Shown here: in pieces, positions 19,004-28,900 of the stretch
Position numbering within the stretch: the stretch's first letter is position 1
How the letters are laid out: every line of letters starts with the position of its first letter
Origin: an uncultured Gammaproteobacteria bacterium
GTDB taxonomy: Bacteria > Patescibacteriota > Microgenomatia > Levybacterales > GWA1-39-11
Direction of reading: 5' to 3'
DNA: 64,000 nt
Assembly (NCBI GenBank): GCA_964641355.1
Contig: CAZXND010000002.1
Span: 1,005-65,004, forward strand
The notes under the pieces: model-generated
Seen by the model: the letters and a program-made list of their open reading frames with translations, nothing else
What the model was told of the DNA's origin: nothing
Databases searched by the model: none
Translations under genes and position numbers: made by a program

Positions 19004-19903
19004 ATGACTATTTACAATTCAATTTCATCAAACAAAAGGAAAACGTTTTTTATAATTGTTTTCTTCATTATTTTTATTGCAACAGTCTCATATATCTTAT
19101 CTCGAGCGCTTGGATATGGACTTTCTTTTGTTGGAGTAATGCTAGTAATTTCGGGACTTATGTCATTTTTCTCATATTACTACTCCGATAAGATTGTCCT
19201 TTCTATGTCAGGAGCAAAACCGGCAACAAAGGAAGAATTTCCCGATCTTTTCAATATAGTTGAAAACTTAACAATTGCATCAGGAGTTCCTATGCCAAAA
19301 GTATTTATAATTGATGACCCAGCGCCTAATGCATTTGCAACCGGACGCGACCCAAAACATGCAGTTGTTGCCGCAACAACTGGCATTTTGTCGATTCTTA
19401 AAAAAGCTGAACTCGAGGGAGTCATGGCACACGAACTTTCACACGTCAAAAATTATGATACAAGACTTATGGGTGTTGTCGCTATTCTTGCAGGATCAGT
19501 CGCTCTTCTAGCAGATTTTTTTATGAGAAGTCTTTGGATGAGAGGGGATGATGACGACAGAAATGGAAATACTTTAATATTTATCGCCGCAATTTTGGTA
19601 TCAATTTTAGCGCCAATTGTCGCAACTCTAATTCAACTTGCTATTTCTCGAAGAAGAGAGTTTTTAGCAGATGCCGACGGTGCACTTCTCACTCGATACC
19701 CTGAGGGACTTGCATTAGCGCTTGAAAAAATTTCATCCGATCCCAAAATTCTTAGAAGCGCAAGCGTTGCAACTGCTCACTTTTTCATAGAAGATCCATT
19801 TAAAGCAGATGCTGAAAAAAGAAGTAAGTCGTCTTGGTTTGTTAATCTTTTCAACACACATCCTCCGATTGAAGAGCGAGTAAAGATACTTCGCTCGATG
19901 TAA
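19004..19903 (+). CDS. htpX: zinc metalloprotease HtpX (peptidase M48)
   Basis: HEXXH motif 'MAHELSHVKNYD' and 4 TM segments. Forms the commonly conserved lemA-htpX pair. Confidence 0.85.
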   Translation: MTIYNSISSNKRKTFFIIVFFIIFIATVSYILSRALGYGLSFVGVMLVISGLMSFFSYYYSDKIVLSMSGAKPATKEEFPDLFNIVENLTIASGVPMPKVFIIDDPAPNAFATGRDPKHAVVAATTGILSILKKAELEGVMAHELSHVKNYDTRLMGVVAILAGSVALLADFFMRSLWMRGDDDDRNGNTLIFIAAILVSILAPIVATLIQLAISRRREFLADADGALLTRYPEGLALALEKISSDPKILRSASVATAHFFIEDPFKADAEKRSKSSWFVNLFNTHPPIEERVKILRSM

Positions 19904-19934
19904 TTTTTTCTCCACCTATTCGAGAGATAGCGAG

Positions 19935-21269
19935 TTGAACTATAATATATTTATGGAAATCCCATTTATTATATTCTTTTCTAAATTAACATCATTTATA
20001 TCGAAGATAACAAAAAGAGGATCAGGATCTACCTGGCCTGGACATCTTGCTTTAAAGGCTGATAAAAATTTTATACCAGATATTATTAAAAAAAATCCTA
20101 ATTTAAAAATAATTCTTGTTGCAGGGACAAATGGTAAAACAACAACTTCAAAGCTTATTCAATTTATTTTAAAAAAAAGTGGCATTAACACATTTCATAA
20201 TGAATCAGGAGCAAATTTATTAAACGGAATCGCTTCAAGTCTTATCAAACACTCAAGTCTTCTTGGCAAACTTAATTTTGAAGTCGCAATTTTTGAAACT
20301 GATGAAAATACTCTACCCTCTCTTCTTAAATTAGTAAAGACCCCTTATGCACTGGTCGTTCTAAATTTATTTCGTGATCAACTAGACAGGTATGGTGAAG
20401 TCAATCTGATCGCAAAAAAATGGGAAGAGGCACTACGTAAACTACCCGAAGACACTACACTTTTTATTAACGCGGATGACCCACAACTTTCTTTTATTGG
20501 TAAAGGTCTTAAAAATAAAAAGTACTTCTTTGGAATTGATGAAAAATTAATGAAAAAGAAAGAATTAGCCCATGACTCTGATTTTTCTTATTGTCCAAAC
20601 TGCAGATCAAGACTTAATTTTGAAAAGATTTCCTATTCTCATCTGGGAAAATACTCTTGTCCCAAATGTGGATTTGAGAATCCTAGAAAAATCACTCTTC
20701 CTGCTTTGCCTCAAAAAATGCTTGGAATTTATAATGTTTATAATGTTAATGTAGCAAGTCTTATCTCTAGCATTTTAGGAGTAGAAAATAACAAAATAAG
20801 AGATTCACTTTTAGAATTTGATCCGGCATTCGGAAGACAAGAAAGCCTGAGTTATAAAGGAAAAGATATTACCATTCTTCTTTCTAAAAATCCGACAGGT
20901 TTTAATCAGTCAATTGAAGCTATTTTTGAAATATCAAAAAAACCGAATGTTTTACTAGTTTTAAATGATAGAATTCCAGATGGACGCGATGTTTCTTGGA
21001 TTTGGGATATAGATACTGAGTATTTAGTGAATAATAATTCCAATCTCTTTATTGCGGGCGACAGAGTATTTGATATGGGACTAAGAATCAAATATTGTCT
21101 TGAAAAATCAGAGCTATCGAGTAGCAAATACCATGTTTTTGAAAAATTAAAAGATGCAATTGAAGAGGCGGTAAATACTACTCCCAAAGATGAAGTTTTA
21201 TTCATATTACCGACATATTCTGCGATGCTTGAAGTTAGGAAGATTCTTTCTGGAAGAAAAATATTATGA
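19935..21269 (+). CDS. murT: Mur ligase family protein MurT (lipid II isoglutaminyl synthase, ligase subunit)
   Basis: Mur-ligase P-loop 'ILVAGTNGKTTTSKLI'. Cys4 ribbon 'CPNCRSRL...CPKCGFENP' is typical of MurT. It is followed directly by a GatD-like amidotransferase. Confidence 0.7.
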   Translation: MNYNIFMEIPFIIFFSKLTSFISKITKRGSGSTWPGHLALKADKNFIPDIIKKNPNLKIILVAGTNGKTTTSKLIQFILKKSGINTFHNESGANLLNGIASSLIKHSSLLGKLNFEVAIFETDENTLPSLLKLVKTPYALVVLNLFRDQLDRYGEVNLIAKKWEEALRKLPEDTTLFINADDPQLSFIGKGLKNKKYFFGIDEKLMKKKELAHDSDFSYCPNCRSRLNFEKISYSHLGKYSCPKCGFENPRKITLPALPQKMLGIYNVYNVNVASLISSILGVENNKIRDSLLEFDPAFGRQESLSYKGKDITILLSKNPTGFNQSIEAIFEISKKPNVLLVLNDRIPDGRDVSWIWDIDTEYLVNNNSNLFIAGDRVFDMGLRIKYCLEKSELSSSKYHVFEKLKDAIEEAVNTTPKDEVLFILPTYSAMLEVRKILSGRKIL

Positions 21270-21284
21270 AAAATAAGAGATTTT

Positions 21285-21350
21285 TGAATTTCATTCCTTT
21301 CACTCATGAAAATAAGACGAGCTTGAATTTCATTCCTTTCACTCATGAAA
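21285..21350 (+). repeat. tandem direct repeat, 2 x 27 bp (TGAATTTCATTCCTTTCACTCATGAAA), period 39 bp, at the murT-gatD junction
   Basis: Exact 27-bp copies at 21285-21311 and 21324-21350. The second copy contains the gatD start codon. The first copy creates a 6-codon uORF (MKIRRA*). Confidence 0.9.
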
Positions 21351-22103
21351 TATAAAATAAACATTGCATGGCTATACCCTGATCTTATGAGCACATATGG
21401 TGATCGTGGGAATATTATTACGCTCCAAAAAAGATGTGAATGGAGAGATATTGAAGTTGAAATTTTAAAAATAACACTAGATACAAAAGCTGAAATATTA
21501 AATACTTGTGACCTAATCTTCATGGGAGGCGCACAAGATACACAGCAAGAAATTGTAAATCATGATTTAATAAAAAATAAAGGAAAAATACTTATAAAAA
21601 AAATTGAAGAAAAAACTCCCGGACTATTTATTTGTGGAGCTTACCAATTCTTAGGGAAATACTACAAAACAAGCGAAGGTAAAAAAATTCCCGGATTAGG
21701 ACTCTTTCCCTTGCACACAGATAACCCCGGAGAAAACACTCCACGTTTAATAGGAAATGTGGTCGCCGAAACTTCATTTAATTCAAACTCAGAGAGTACT
21801 AAACTGGTAGGATTTGAAAATCATGGAGGAAGGACTTATTTAGAAGATAGTTCCTCCGCTTTTGCAAAAGTGTTAAAAGGTTCAGGAAATAATGGAAAGG
21901 ATAGAACCGAAGGGATAAAATACAAAAATACCATTGGAAGTTATTTCCACGGACCAATTCTTCCTAAAAATGTCGAGATTGCAGATTGGCTAATAAGAAA
22001 ATCTTTAAAAATAAAATATAAAGAAGAGGTAAATCTTGCAGACCTCAATGATGATCTTGAGAAAAAGGCAAAAAAAGTAATACTTTCACGTCTTCTCACT
22101 TGA
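21345..22103 (+). CDS. gatD: GatD-like glutamine amidotransferase (CobQ/GATase_3 type), partner of MurT
   Basis: Catalytic Cys in 'LFICGAYQFLGKYY' and His in 'GSYFHGPILPKN'. Adjacent to murT. Confidence 0.7.
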   Translation: MKYKINIAWLYPDLMSTYGDRGNIITLQKRCEWRDIEVEILKITLDTKAEILNTCDLIFMGGAQDTQQEIVNHDLIKNKGKILIKKIEEKTPGLFICGAYQFLGKYYKTSEGKKIPGLGLFPLHTDNPGENTPRLIGNVVAETSFNSNSESTKLVGFENHGGRTYLEDSSSAFAKVLKGSGNNGKDRTEGIKYKNTIGSYFHGPILPKNVEIADWLIRKSLKIKYKEEVNLADLNDDLEKKAKKVILSRLLT

Positions 22104-22152
22104 AGCGGAAAATACCTAGCCATATAATATACTTTGTTAAAAGAATATATAT

Positions 22153-22449
22153 TTGAAAACAAAAATGAGAGTAGACGTAAAGAAAATTTCGAAATTAGCA
22201 AATCTTCCAATAAAAGATGAAGAAATTCCTTCTCTTGAAAAAGCCATTGAAGATACGCTTTCGTATATTAAAATCCTTGAAGAAGTAGATACTAAGGAAA
22301 TCACCCCAACAAGCCAAGTTACAGGTCTTGAAAATATTACACGAAACGATATAGCAAATCCTTCTTTAACGATAGAAGACGCTCTAAGAAATACTAAGAA
22401 AACTCATAATGGGATGTTTGAGGTAGATGCGATTCTAAATAAAGACTAA
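22153..22449 (+). CDS. gatC: Asp-tRNA(Asn)/Glu-tRNA(Gln) amidotransferase subunit C
   Basis: ~95-aa protein 'VDVKKISKLANLPIKDEEIPSLEKAIEDTLSYIKILEEVDT' immediately upstream of gatA/gatB. Confidence 0.8.
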   Translation: MKTKMRVDVKKISKLANLPIKDEEIPSLEKAIEDTLSYIKILEEVDTKEITPTSQVTGLENITRNDIANPSLTIEDALRNTKKTHNGMFEVDAILNKD

Positions 22450-22450
22450 C

Positions 22451-23869
22451 ATGGCAAAATTAAACGAATTAACATTAGTCGAAACCCTGGAAGGACTTTC
22501 CGCTAAAAGGTTCTCATCTGAAGAACTTGTGGAAGAATGTATTGATCAAATAGAAATTCTCGAACCAGAAATAAATGCGCTTGTAACAAAAACTTTTGAC
22601 GAAGCAAGAAGTGCTGCAAAAAGAGCTGACAAAATGATCTCAGACGGGAACACTGCTACACTCTCTGGAGTTCCACTGATTTTAAAAGACAACTTTTCAA
22701 CAAAAGGAATTAGAACAACAGCCTCAAGTAAGGTTCTTGATAATTATATTCCGCCTTATGATGCTACAGTCGTTTCCTTACTTAAAAGTGCCGGAGCAAT
22801 TATTTTAGGGAAAGCAAATATGGATGCATGGGCACATGGCTCGTCTACCGAAACCTCAGATTTTGGATCTACAAAAAATCCATGGAACACTAATCATCTT
22901 CCAGGTGGATCATCTGGAGGATCTGCTGCTGCTGTAGCAGCACAGGAAGCAATAGCATCTATCGGAACAGAAACTGCCGGATCAATAAGACAACCTGCTT
23001 CTTGGTCTGGTGTTGTAGGAATGAAACCCACATATGGAAGAGTCTCTCGCTATGGAGTAATCGCCATGGGATCCTCCCTTGACTCACCCGGTCCAATTAC
23101 TAAAACAGTCGAAGATGCGGCAATTCTTCTTCAAATTATCGCGGGAAAAGATGATCATGATGCTACTACTCTTCCAGATAAAGTACCAGATTATAGAAAT
23201 AGCTTAAATAACTCAATTAATGGAGTAAAAATCGGGATTTCTGATGATTATTTTGTGGATGTAAATCCTGAAGTAGAAGAAAAAATAATGAGCGCAATCA
23301 GAGTTTTTGAAGATATGGGCGCTTCAGTCAAAAAAATAAGACTTTTTCCACCTCGATATTCGATTGCTGTATATACTATTATTCAAAGAGCGGAAGTATC
23401 ATCCAATCTTGCACGATATGATAGCGTACGTTATGGTAAAGGTCGAGATTTTTTTGGCGACGAGGCAAAAAGAAGAATTATACTAGGAACCTACACTTTG
23501 TCTTCTGGATATTACGATCAATACTACAATAAAGCGCAGAAAGTTAGAACAATAATAATAGAAGATTTCAAAAAAGCATTTGGCGAGGTTGATATAATTA
23601 TTGCACCAACCAGCCCAACAACAGCTTTAAAACTCGGAGCAAGCAAACAAAGTTCTATGTTTGGGGAATTACAAGATGTACTTGTCGAACCATCATCAAT
23701 TGCTGGACTTCCAGGAATTAGCGTACCGGCAGGATTTGATTCGAATGGCCTTCCTATAGGAATGCAAATTATTGGACCTCAGCTCTCTGAAGAAAAAATT
23801 CTTAATGTAGCAAGCATGTTTGAAAAAGCAACAGATTTCCATACATTTATACCTGAAATTGCTAAATAA
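22451..23869 (+). CDS. gatA: Asp-tRNA(Asn)/Glu-tRNA(Gln) amidotransferase subunit A
   Basis: Amidase signature 'GGSSGGSAAAVAA' with the Ser-cisSer-Lys triad context. 472 aa. Confidence 0.95.
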   Translation: MAKLNELTLVETLEGLSAKRFSSEELVEECIDQIEILEPEINALVTKTFDEARSAAKRADKMISDGNTATLSGVPLILKDNFSTKGIRTTASSKVLDNYIPPYDATVVSLLKSAGAIILGKANMDAWAHGSSTETSDFGSTKNPWNTNHLPGGSSGGSAAAVAAQEAIASIGTETAGSIRQPASWSGVVGMKPTYGRVSRYGVIAMGSSLDSPGPITKTVEDAAILLQIIAGKDDHDATTLPDKVPDYRNSLNNSINGVKIGISDDYFVDVNPEVEEKIMSAIRVFEDMGASVKKIRLFPPRYSIAVYTIIQRAEVSSNLARYDSVRYGKGRDFFGDEAKRRIILGTYTLSSGYYDQYYNKAQKVRTIIIEDFKKAFGEVDIIIAPTSPTTALKLGASKQSSMFGELQDVLVEPSSIAGLPGISVPAGFDSNGLPIGMQIIGPQLSEEKILNVASMFEKATDFHTFIPEIAK

Positions 23870-23874
23870 TTAAA

Positions 23875-25215
23875 ATGAATTACAAACCAGTTGTTGGACT
23901 TGAAGTACATGTAGAACTTGCAACAGAATCAAAAATGTTCTGTTCTTGCTCGGCAAAATATTTTGGTAAAAAACCAAATACTTACACTTGCCCAGTTTGT
24001 CTTGGCTTACCCGGGGCGCTCCCCGTCCCAAATCAAAGAGCAATTGATTGGTGTATCAAAATTGCTCTTGCCTTAAATTGTAAAATTCAAGAGTTTTCAA
24101 AATTTGATAGAAAAAATTATTTTTACCCGGACCTAGCAAAAGGTTATCAAATATCACAATACGACAAACCTTTCGGTCTAAATGGGTCTATAGAAGTAAC
24201 CTCCTCTAATGGACAAAAAAGAGTAATAAGAATAAGAAGGGTTCACATGGAAGAAGACACTGGAAAACTTACTCATGCAACAGTGAGTGGAAAGAGAGTA
24301 AGTCTAATAGATTTCAATCGCTCTGGAGTACCGCTTGTTGAAATTGTTACCGAACCAGATTTTCAAAACGCAACTGAAGTAAAAAATTATCTAGAATCTC
24401 TTCAGCAAGTTGTAAGATACCTTGGAGTTTCAAATGCTGATATGGAAAAGGGAGAAATGAGACTAGAACCAAATATTTCACTTCAAGAAGTTAATATAAG
24501 CGAACTACCAAAATATAAAGTTGAGGTAAAAAATATAAATTCTTTTCGATTCGTTGAAAAAGCTATTAATTTTGAGGTTGAAAGACAAAAAGAAATTCTT
24601 GACGCAGGAAAGACCCCTACTCAAGAAACTCGAGGATGGGATGAATTATCAAATACAACAATCTCACAGCGAGAGAAAGAGGATGCTCATGACTATCGAT
24701 ATTTCCCAGAACCAGATATCCCTCCTATTGTTACCGACATAAGCAAGATTGAGGAGTTGAAGAATGACCTTCCAGAAATGCCTAAAAAAAAGATGAAAAG
24801 ATTTACTAATGATTATTTACTATCAAACTACGATACAGAAATTCTTATTAGAGAGAGATCTCTTGCTGAATTTTTTGAAAAAACAGTAGCAGATGGGAAA
24901 GAATTTAATTTAACTCCAAAGCAGATTGCAAATTTTATTATCAATAGAAAGATCGATATTGATAAAAACCTACCTGGTGAAATTGTGAAACGAATTATCG
25001 CATCAAACCAAAAAGTAACTATTGATGAAGATAAATTAAAAAAAGTTGCAAAAAGTGTTTTATCTAACAACTCAAAAGCAGTAGAAGATTATAAAAAAGG
25101 CAAAACACAAGTTTTAGGCTTTCTTATTGGACAGGTAAAAAGAGAACTTGGTAATGTTGAGACCGAATCCATAAAAAATGTCCTTGTTGAATTGATGGAT
25201 AAAGATGTAGAATAA
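23875..25215 (+). CDS. gatB: Asp-tRNA(Asn)/Glu-tRNA(Gln) amidotransferase subunit B
   Basis: 'KPVVGLEVHVELATESKMFCSC', 'RVHMEEDTGKLTH' and the C-terminal YqeY-like tail are classic GatB. Confidence 0.95.
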   Translation: MNYKPVVGLEVHVELATESKMFCSCSAKYFGKKPNTYTCPVCLGLPGALPVPNQRAIDWCIKIALALNCKIQEFSKFDRKNYFYPDLAKGYQISQYDKPFGLNGSIEVTSSNGQKRVIRIRRVHMEEDTGKLTHATVSGKRVSLIDFNRSGVPLVEIVTEPDFQNATEVKNYLESLQQVVRYLGVSNADMEKGEMRLEPNISLQEVNISELPKYKVEVKNINSFRFVEKAINFEVERQKEILDAGKTPTQETRGWDELSNTTISQREKEDAHDYRYFPEPDIPPIVTDISKIEELKNDLPEMPKKKMKRFTNDYLLSNYDTEILIRERSLAEFFEKTVADGKEFNLTPKQIANFIINRKIDIDKNLPGEIVKRIIASNQKVTIDEDKLKKVAKSVLSNNSKAVEDYKKGKTQVLGFLIGQVKRELGNVETESIKNVLVELMDKDVE

Positions 25216-25218
25216 ATT

Positions 25219-25974
25219 ATGCCAGAGCCACAAGAACAACCTCAGGAAGAATTTGGCTACAAAAGAGCATATTATGAATCCCCAATAAAAAGAGCAAGAG
25301 AGATATATGGAAACGAACCATTTAAAGAACTGTTAGAAGAAAGAAGAGATAAACCTCAAGAGAAAGAAGATGTAGGCAAGAAAATTAAAAAAAGAAGAAC
25401 TGAAAGGAAAAAAGTAATAGAAGAGTTCAGGCGACTTGAAGATATTGGATACAGGGATGAATTAACAGGAATATACAATAGAGCTGGTTTTGAAAAAAGA
25501 TTACAAGAAGAAGTCGCAAGATTGAAAAGAATGGGAGGGGAAGCAGTTATAATAAATTTTGACTTAAATAAATTAAAAGAAGTTAACGATAAAGGAGGAC
25601 ACAAAGCAGGAGATGAATATATAAAAAGTGCGGCCAAAACGATGCAAGAAGTAACAAGACCAAATGATCCAGTAGCAAGAACAGGTGGAGACGAATTTAC
25701 AATAATTCTACAAGGATCTGATGAAGAAGGGGCTCTAAAGTATTGGGAAAGACTAAAAAGCATGTTAGACTCAAGAGGAATAAGTCTTGCAGCGGGTGTA
25801 GCACCACTCGATCCACGAGAAGTGGAAGAATCAAAAAATTTAGCTGACATCTCTATGTATAAAGCAAAAGTACTCGGAAATGGTGAAAGTAGAATTGAAA
25901 CAGCGTATAATTTAACAGCTGAAGAAATAGAAGGAGGCCCAGAAGAGGTCAAGAAAAAATTCTCTCTACGGTAA
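25219..25974 (+). CDS. GGDEF domain protein (putative diguanylate cyclase), no sensor domain
   Basis: Active-site 'RTGGDEFTIIL' and 'GGHKAGDEYIK'. The N-terminal ~75 aa are a charged, Lys/Glu-rich coiled-coil. Confidence 0.75.
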   Translation: MPEPQEQPQEEFGYKRAYYESPIKRAREIYGNEPFKELLEERRDKPQEKEDVGKKIKKRRTERKKVIEEFRRLEDIGYRDELTGIYNRAGFEKRLQEEVARLKRMGGEAVIINFDLNKLKEVNDKGGHKAGDEYIKSAAKTMQEVTRPNDPVARTGGDEFTIILQGSDEEGALKYWERLKSMLDSRGISLAAGVAPLDPREVEESKNLADISMYKAKVLGNGESRIETAYNLTAEEIEGGPEEVKKKFSLR

Positions 25975-25975
25975 A

Positions 25976-28900
25976 ATGGCAGGGTTTGTTCATCTTCATA
26001 ATCACTCAGAGTATTCTTTATTGGATGGATTGTCCAAATTTTCCCCCATGGTAAAGAGGGCAAAGGAATTGGGAATGAATGCAATTGCACTCACAGACCA
26101 TGGAAACCTGTACGGAACACTGAAGTTTTATCACGAGTGTATAAACCAAGGAATAAAGCCAATCATAGGATGCGAAATGTATCTTGCAAAAAGATCGAGA
26201 CTAGATAAAGAACAAGATATAGATTCTAACTACAACCACTTAATTTTACTAGCAAAAAATCAAGAAGGTTATAAAAATTTAATAAAACTAGTCTCGCTGG
26301 GTTATCTCGAAGGTTTTTATTACAAACCAAGAATAGATCTTGAGCTTCTTGAGAAGTACCATAATGGATTAATTGCTTTATCTGCTTGTTTAAATGGTTA
26401 TTTTGCAGACGAAATTCTCCATGGAAGGATGGAAGAAGCAGAGGTAAAAGCTGAAAAATTAGCACAAATCTTTGGGGAAGGAAATTTTTATTTAGAACTT
26501 CAAAAGCACCCGAAAATTCCCGACCAAGAAAAACTTAACGATGGACTAATTAAAATTTCTAAGAACCTTGGACTACCACTAGTAGCTACAAATGATAATC
26601 ATTATATAAACAAGGAAGATGCCGACGCACAAGATATTTTGCTTGCAATACAAACTCAAACTACTATTCTTGATCAAAATAGACCCCTTCGCATGATAGA
26701 TTCTCCAGACTTTTACATAAAATCTACAGAGGAAATGAGGGAAATGTTTTCTGATACTTTAGACGCTGTTGAAAATACTCAAAAAATTGCCGACAAAATA
26801 GATCTCACCATCGAAACTGGAAAATGGGTACTTCCACACTATGATGTACCAAATGGAATGACACATAATGATTATCTAACAAAAATGATTGATGAAAAGC
26901 TTCCAACAAGATACAAAGAAATTACCCAAGAATTAAAGGAAAGAATCGATTACGAATTGTCTGTAATTACCAGTAAAGGCTATACCACTTACTTCCTTAT
27001 AGTACAAGACTTTGTGAACTGGGCAAAAAACCAAGGCATAGCTGTGGGCCCTGGAAGAGGATCAGTCGCTGGAAGTGTTGTGGCGTATATTTTAAGGATT
27101 ACCGAATTAGACCCCATTGCTTATGGGCTACCATTTGAGAGATTTTTAAATCCTCATCGCCCTACCCCTCCTGATATTGATATGGATTTTGCTGATGACA
27201 AAAGAGATGCAGTAATCGAATACGTAACACAAAAATACGGAAAAGAAAAAGTTGCGCAGATCATAACTTTTGGAACAATGGAAGCAAGAGCCGCTGTAAG
27301 AGATACAGGACGAGCTCTTGGAATGCCCTATGCCGGCCCAGACAGAATCGCAAAGATGATTCCACCTGGCGCACAAGGATTCCCAATGTCTATCGAAAAA
27401 GCGATAGAACTCAATCCCGATTTAGATAGAGCGTATAGAACCGAGTCTGATACGAAAAAACTTTTGGACCTTGCGAAAAAACTTGAGAAAGTGGCAAGAC
27501 ATGCCTCAACACATGCGGCTGGTGTAATAATAGCTGATGAGGATCTTACTAACTATACTCCACTCCAAAAAGAAGTAAATGGAGAAAAAATTATTACTCA
27601 GTACGATATGTATGATCTTGATATGAATATTTCCGACCATGCTTTAGGGCTTCTCAAAATAGACTTTCTTGGGCTTAGAAATCTAACTATTATTCAAAAT
27701 GCTTTAAACTTTATTAAAGTTAATCAAGGTAAAGAAATTGATCTCTCAAAACTTACGCTTGATGACTCCGAGGTCTTCAAAACAATTTCTAGCGGGGAAA
27801 CTACAGGGATATTCCAACTTGAATCCTCTGGAATGAGACGCTTAGCAAAAGACCTTAGACCTTCAAAGATCTCTGACCTTTCGGCTATGATTGCTCTTTT
27901 TAGACCCGGACCTATGGCTTGGATTGATGATTTTATTCAGGCAAAAAATTATGCAGGAAAAGTAAACTATCCTCATCCAGATTTAAAACCTATTCTTGAA
28001 GAAACATATGGAATAGCCGTTTATCAAGAACAATGTATGATGATTGCAAATAGAATGGCTTCATACACTATGGCTGAAGCCGACAATCTCCGAAAAGCAA
28101 TTGGAAAGAAAAAACCAGAGCTAATGAAAAAGGAAAGAGAGAAATTTATCGCTGGATGTCTAAAAAATAACTACTCACAAAAAATAGCAGAAGATGTATT
28201 CTCACTTATTGAAAAGTTTGTAGGTTACGGTTTTAACAAAGCTCACAGCGCCTCCTATGCAATTATCGCGTATCATACCGGATTCCTAAAAACGTATTAC
28301 CCAGTAGAATTCATGACAGCAGTACTCACTGCTGAATCTCGTGGATCGTCTGGACCTGTTAGGAATGAGAAAATCTCACAGGCTATTTCAGAATGTAAGA
28401 GACTTAAAATCGAAGTACTACCACCATCTCTTAACAAGTCAGTGGCAGAATTTAGCATAGAAGATGGAAAAAAAATTAGATTTGGATTATCCGCTATTAA
28501 AAATGTTGGAGGAGCAGCTATTGGTACAATTCTTGAAGCAAGAACCAAAGGATCTTTTGTTTCGTTTACAGATTTTTTGCGACGAGTCGACTTGTCGAAG
28601 GTTAACAAAAAAACTCTTGAAAGTCTTATTAAGGCTGGTGGAATGGATGAATTTGGTAAGAGATCAGTATTACTTTCTTCGTTTGGACTATTAGTAGACA
28701 AGATTAACAAAGAAGAGAAGCAAAAAATAAAAAATCAAGCAAGTCTTTTCGGCGACGATGAAGCAGTTATTGTTTCATCAATCGATAAGTTTGATATCGA
28801 TATTGAAGAATTTACAGAAAAAGAAAAATTAATGTTTGAAAAAGAACTTTTAGGTTTTTTTCTCACCAACCACCCCTTGAGTCAAGAAGTTGGAAGGATT

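Noticed and set aside
20906-21523. 205-aa minus-strand ORF spanning the murT end and the gatD start
   Set aside because: It is antisense to confidently assigned genes. Its repeated 'MSERNEIQ' segments are simply the reverse translation of the 27-bp tandem repeat.
25356-26090. 244-aa minus-strand ORF antisense to the GGDEF gene and the dnaE start
   Set aside because: It is low-complexity and Ser/Pro/Leu-rich, with no motif, and fully overlaps two well-supported plus-strand genes. This is typical of a spurious antisense frame.
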